In this document: positions 61,443 to 64,000 of the stretch, piece after piece | Numbering within the stretch: position 1 is the stretch's first letter | Layout of the letters: every line of letters starts with the position of its first letter | From: Candidatus Latescibacterota bacterium | GTDB lineage: Bacteria > Latescibacterota > UBA2968 | Direction: 5' to 3' | Assembly (NCBI GenBank): GCA_965204375.1 | Contig: OZ241986.1 | Coordinates: 2,336,001 to 2,400,000, forward strand | DNA: 64,000 bases | Made by a program: the position numbers and the translations under genes | Notes under the pieces: generated by a model | What the model was told of the DNA's origin: nothing | Database searches by the model: none | What the model saw: only the letters and a program-made list of their open reading frames with translations

Positions 61443-62882
61443 TCAACGCTCTCGCCCCGACACAAACAAATCATAAGAATTTGACTGCCAGCCACCATCA
61501 TTTACAATCCCATCATTCGTATCTCTCAGCCATTTGACCATCCGATCTTTCATGCGCCTGAGCACATGTTTGTACCCCAACTTCGGAGCCAAATTGTGCA
61601 ACTCCCCGGGATCACTCTCCAGATCGTAGAGTTCATCCTCGCTACACGGATTGTAGATATACTTCCACTTTTGGGTCTGCACCATCCGAATCGTACACAG
61701 CGCAGGCTCGTACCCGTGATGTTCCGCAAAAATATCCTCCCGCCAATCCGACGGCGTCTCTCCGCGCAGCAAGGGCAGCAGAGAACACCCATCGACCTTA
61801 TCGGGAATATCCGCACCCGCCATCTCGAGAAACGTCGGCATCATATCGACCAAACTCACAAAATCATCGCAAACACGATTGGGTTCAACAACACCCGGCC
61901 AACGGATCGCCAATGGAATCTGGTGCGTCTCGTTGTACATATTCATCATCTTATTAAACAAGCGGTGACTGCCCAACATATCGCCGTGATCCGAACTGTA
62001 CACAATCACCGTATTGTCCAACTGCCCCGCCTCTTCTAAAGCATGTAGAACGCGCTGCACCTGATCATCAATAAACGTGCAATATCCCCAATACGTCGCG
62101 ATCACCTTCTGCCAATCGGGCCATGTCAAATGGCTGCCATTCCACCTGAGCATCTCCTTTTGCTGAACACTCGGTTTATCGACAAACTGCTCGTCGAAAT
62201 TGATCCAGCGCTCCACAGTATCGGGATCGTACATCTCATCGTAGGGTTCTGGCACACAATAGGGAAAATGCGGACCAAAAAAACTGCTGCAAATCATAAA
62301 GGGTTTATCGCCCTCACAAAAACCTTCAATCAGATCAATCGTCCTATCGGCAGTCCAGTGCTCCTGCATATACTCGGCGGGCAACTGCGACCGACCGCAA
62401 AAAGGCGCGTCACCCCCCCATTCCATGCGCTGAACCTCCTGAGCATATCCCCAATCAAAACCCGCATCGCGCACACTCTGGTTCCAATCACGCGTCGTAT
62501 GCCACGGGTCAAACCCCCAAAACTCGCTATCGCCCTCCCTGGGCAAATGCCACTTACCCACATAACCGACATTATAACCCGCATCAGATAAAATCTGAGG
62601 ATAGGCGGGCTTATCCAGAATATTTAAATCAAAAGCCCGATTAAAATTACCCATATTCGACATCTGCCCGTGATTGTGTGGAAACATCCCGGTAAGTAAC
62701 GACCCGCGCGCAGGAGAGCAAAGCGCAATGGGCGTATAGGCGCGGCAAAAACGCAGGCCCTCCTGGGCAATGCGATCAATCGCAGGCGTCTTGCACACCG
62801 CATTGCCATTAAATCCCAGCGCATCGTAGCGCTGCATATCGGTAAGCAAAAAAAGGATATTGGGTCTCTCCGTATTCATCAC
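61443..62882 (-). CDS. Formylglycine-dependent (Cys-type) sulfatase
   Basis: PNILFLLTD, CSPARGSLLTG, GKWHL, PHFPY, SDHG, ELYDLESDPGEL. Confidence 0.95.
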   Translation of the reverse strand: MMNTERPNILFLLTDMQRYDALGFNGNAVCKTPAIDRIAQEGLRFCRAYTPIALCSPARGSLLTGMFPHNHGQMSNMGNFNRAFDLNILDKPAYPQILSDAGYNVGYVGKWHLPREGDSEFWGFDPWHTTRDWNQSVRDAGFDWGYAQEVQRMEWGGDAPFCGRSQLPAEYMQEHWTADRTIDLIEGFCEGDKPFMICSSFFGPHFPYCVPEPYDEMYDPDTVERWINFDEQFVDKPSVQQKEMLRWNGSHLTWPDWQKVIATYWGYCTFIDDQVQRVLHALEEAGQLDNTVIVYSSDHGDMLGSHRLFNKMMNMYNETHQIPLAIRWPGVVEPNRVCDDFVSLVDMMPTFLEMAGADIPDKVDGCSLLPLLRGETPSDWREDIFAEHHGYEPALCTIRMVQTQKWKYIYNPCSEDELYDLESDPGELHNLAPKLGYKHVLRRMKDRMVKWLRDTNDGIVNDGGWQSNSYDLFVSGRER

Positions 62883-62896
62883 ATCAACCTCCTGTG

Positions 62897-64000
62897 TCAG
62901 CGGTCCGATTTACTTCTCCGAAAACAAATCCAAAACATAAACGCCCCCATCCCCGTGAGCACTGCCCCGGTGAGAAAAAGACTCGAATATCCCGCAACCG
63001 GGATCATATACCCACCCCCCAGAGCCATTGCCGAATAGCCTATCCCCGACATCATAGCAGTCGCACCCGACATGGCAGTACGCCAGCGCACGGGCACCAA
63101 CTCCTGGTGAAAAATGGCAAAAGCCGAGCGGCGAAGCGAAGCCATCGCCATAATCCCCACCAGGCAAACACCCGCAACAATCCAATTTGAGACCTGCGCC
63201 ATAAAAAAAAGAAAAACAGCCGTAACAACCGTTACCAGAACCACCGTCCGGCGAATGCCAAAACGCGCAGAAAAAAACGGAAGGGACAGTGCAGCCGGAA
63301 CAGCGAGCAACTGTCCCGCAGCGAGTTGCACACTAATCAGAGAAAGACTAATATTGAGACCTTTATCCATATAGACATTAAAAAATGTACGCGCCGCCGC
63401 TTCGCCAGCAACGTGGAGAACGGAAATCAGAGAAGTAATAACAATAGCCGCAAGTGGAAGCGCAGGCGTATTAGACACATCGCCACTATCCCCCACTTCC
63501 CGCTTGTCCTCAGCCTGAACATCCTGCGTGGCAAGCAGTGCGAAAACCGCCGGAATCAAACATAGCACCCCGATGAACAGCGTATAGCGGTAAACAACCG
63601 GCTGTGCGAGTGAAACACCGAGCACGCCTGCCAGATATTCCGGAACAACGCCCCCCAACATACTCCCGACAAATCCCGAAAAAGGCATCAGCGCGGCCTG
63701 CACGGCAAAAACCGGATCGCGCTCAGCAGGACCAGTAATACCCATCAAATAAGGCGTGCCATTTACAATAAACAGCGCAATACCCATCACACCGAGCGAA
63801 TAAGATATTAAAATAAAATAATCGCGCGTGCCGGAAGAAATCAACTCCGCCTGTGAAAGCAATCCAAAACCCGCCACAGACACACAAATCCCAACAACCA
63901 TCGTAAACCGGCTACCCCAGCGTCCACCCAGCATCCCACTGGGCAAACTGGACAGAGCAAAACAAAGTGCCCCCGTCGCATTTGCCAACCCCACAAACTC
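62897..64000 (-). CDS. MFS transporter, 5' end outside window
   Basis: Multiple TM segments; G.LGGRWGSR and SARFGIRR motif-A-like loops. Confidence 0.85.
   Translation of the reverse strand, partial: EFVGLANATGALCFALSSLPSGMLGGRWGSRFTMVVGICVSVAGFGLLSQAELISSGTRDYFILISYSLGVMGIALFIVNGTPYLMGITGPAERDPVFAVQAALMPFSGFVGSMLGGVVPEYLAGVLGVSLAQPVVYRYTLFIGVLCLIPAVFALLATQDVQAEDKREVGDSGDVSNTPALPLAAIVITSLISVLHVAGEAAARTFFNVYMDKGLNISLSLISVQLAAGQLLAVPAALSLPFFSARFGIRRTVVLVTVVTAVFLFFMAQVSNWIVAGVCLVGIMAMASLRRSAFAIFHQELVPVRWRTAMSGATAMMSGIGYSAMALGGGYMIPVAGYSSLFLTGAVLTGMGAFMFWICFRRSKSDR

Overview
Bacterial genomic window. The gene content (giant Calx-beta/LRR surface protein, Co-type nitrile hydratase, sulfatase, PhyH, MoxR-VWA cluster) resembles marine or sponge-associated lineages; this is inference only. 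The left half (<1..32736, minus) is one uninterrupted ORF of more than 10,900 codons that the ORF track omits because it runs off the left edge without a stop. It has a Sec-type signal peptide, about 90 (rough estimate) acidic Calx-beta/Ig-like modules in higher-order repeats, and a central cassette of three plant-type LRR domains. Its AT-rich upstream region holds a consensus sigma54 -24/-12 promoter pointing at the gene, three TGT-N11-ACA enhancer-like sites, a possible structured leader and a C13 tract. A divergent PAS histidine kinase with a degenerate receiver and a GAFTGA sigma54 activator follow, ending beside the 3' end of tRNA-Leu. This block is the best candidate for an undescribed system. 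The right half contains tRNA-Leu/Cys/Leu, ThuA, Ldh2 and PhyH genes, a translationally coupled TPR-metallopeptidase/DUF4159/MoxR/DUF58/VWA cluster interrupted by an orphan AbrB antitoxin with a 10-codon VapC remnant, an aldo-keto reductase, ctaA, a UxuA-like gene, an orphan UPF0175 gene, EamA, nthB-nthA-accessory, a sulfatase and a partial MFS transporter. All calls come from reading the sequence; no searches were run.
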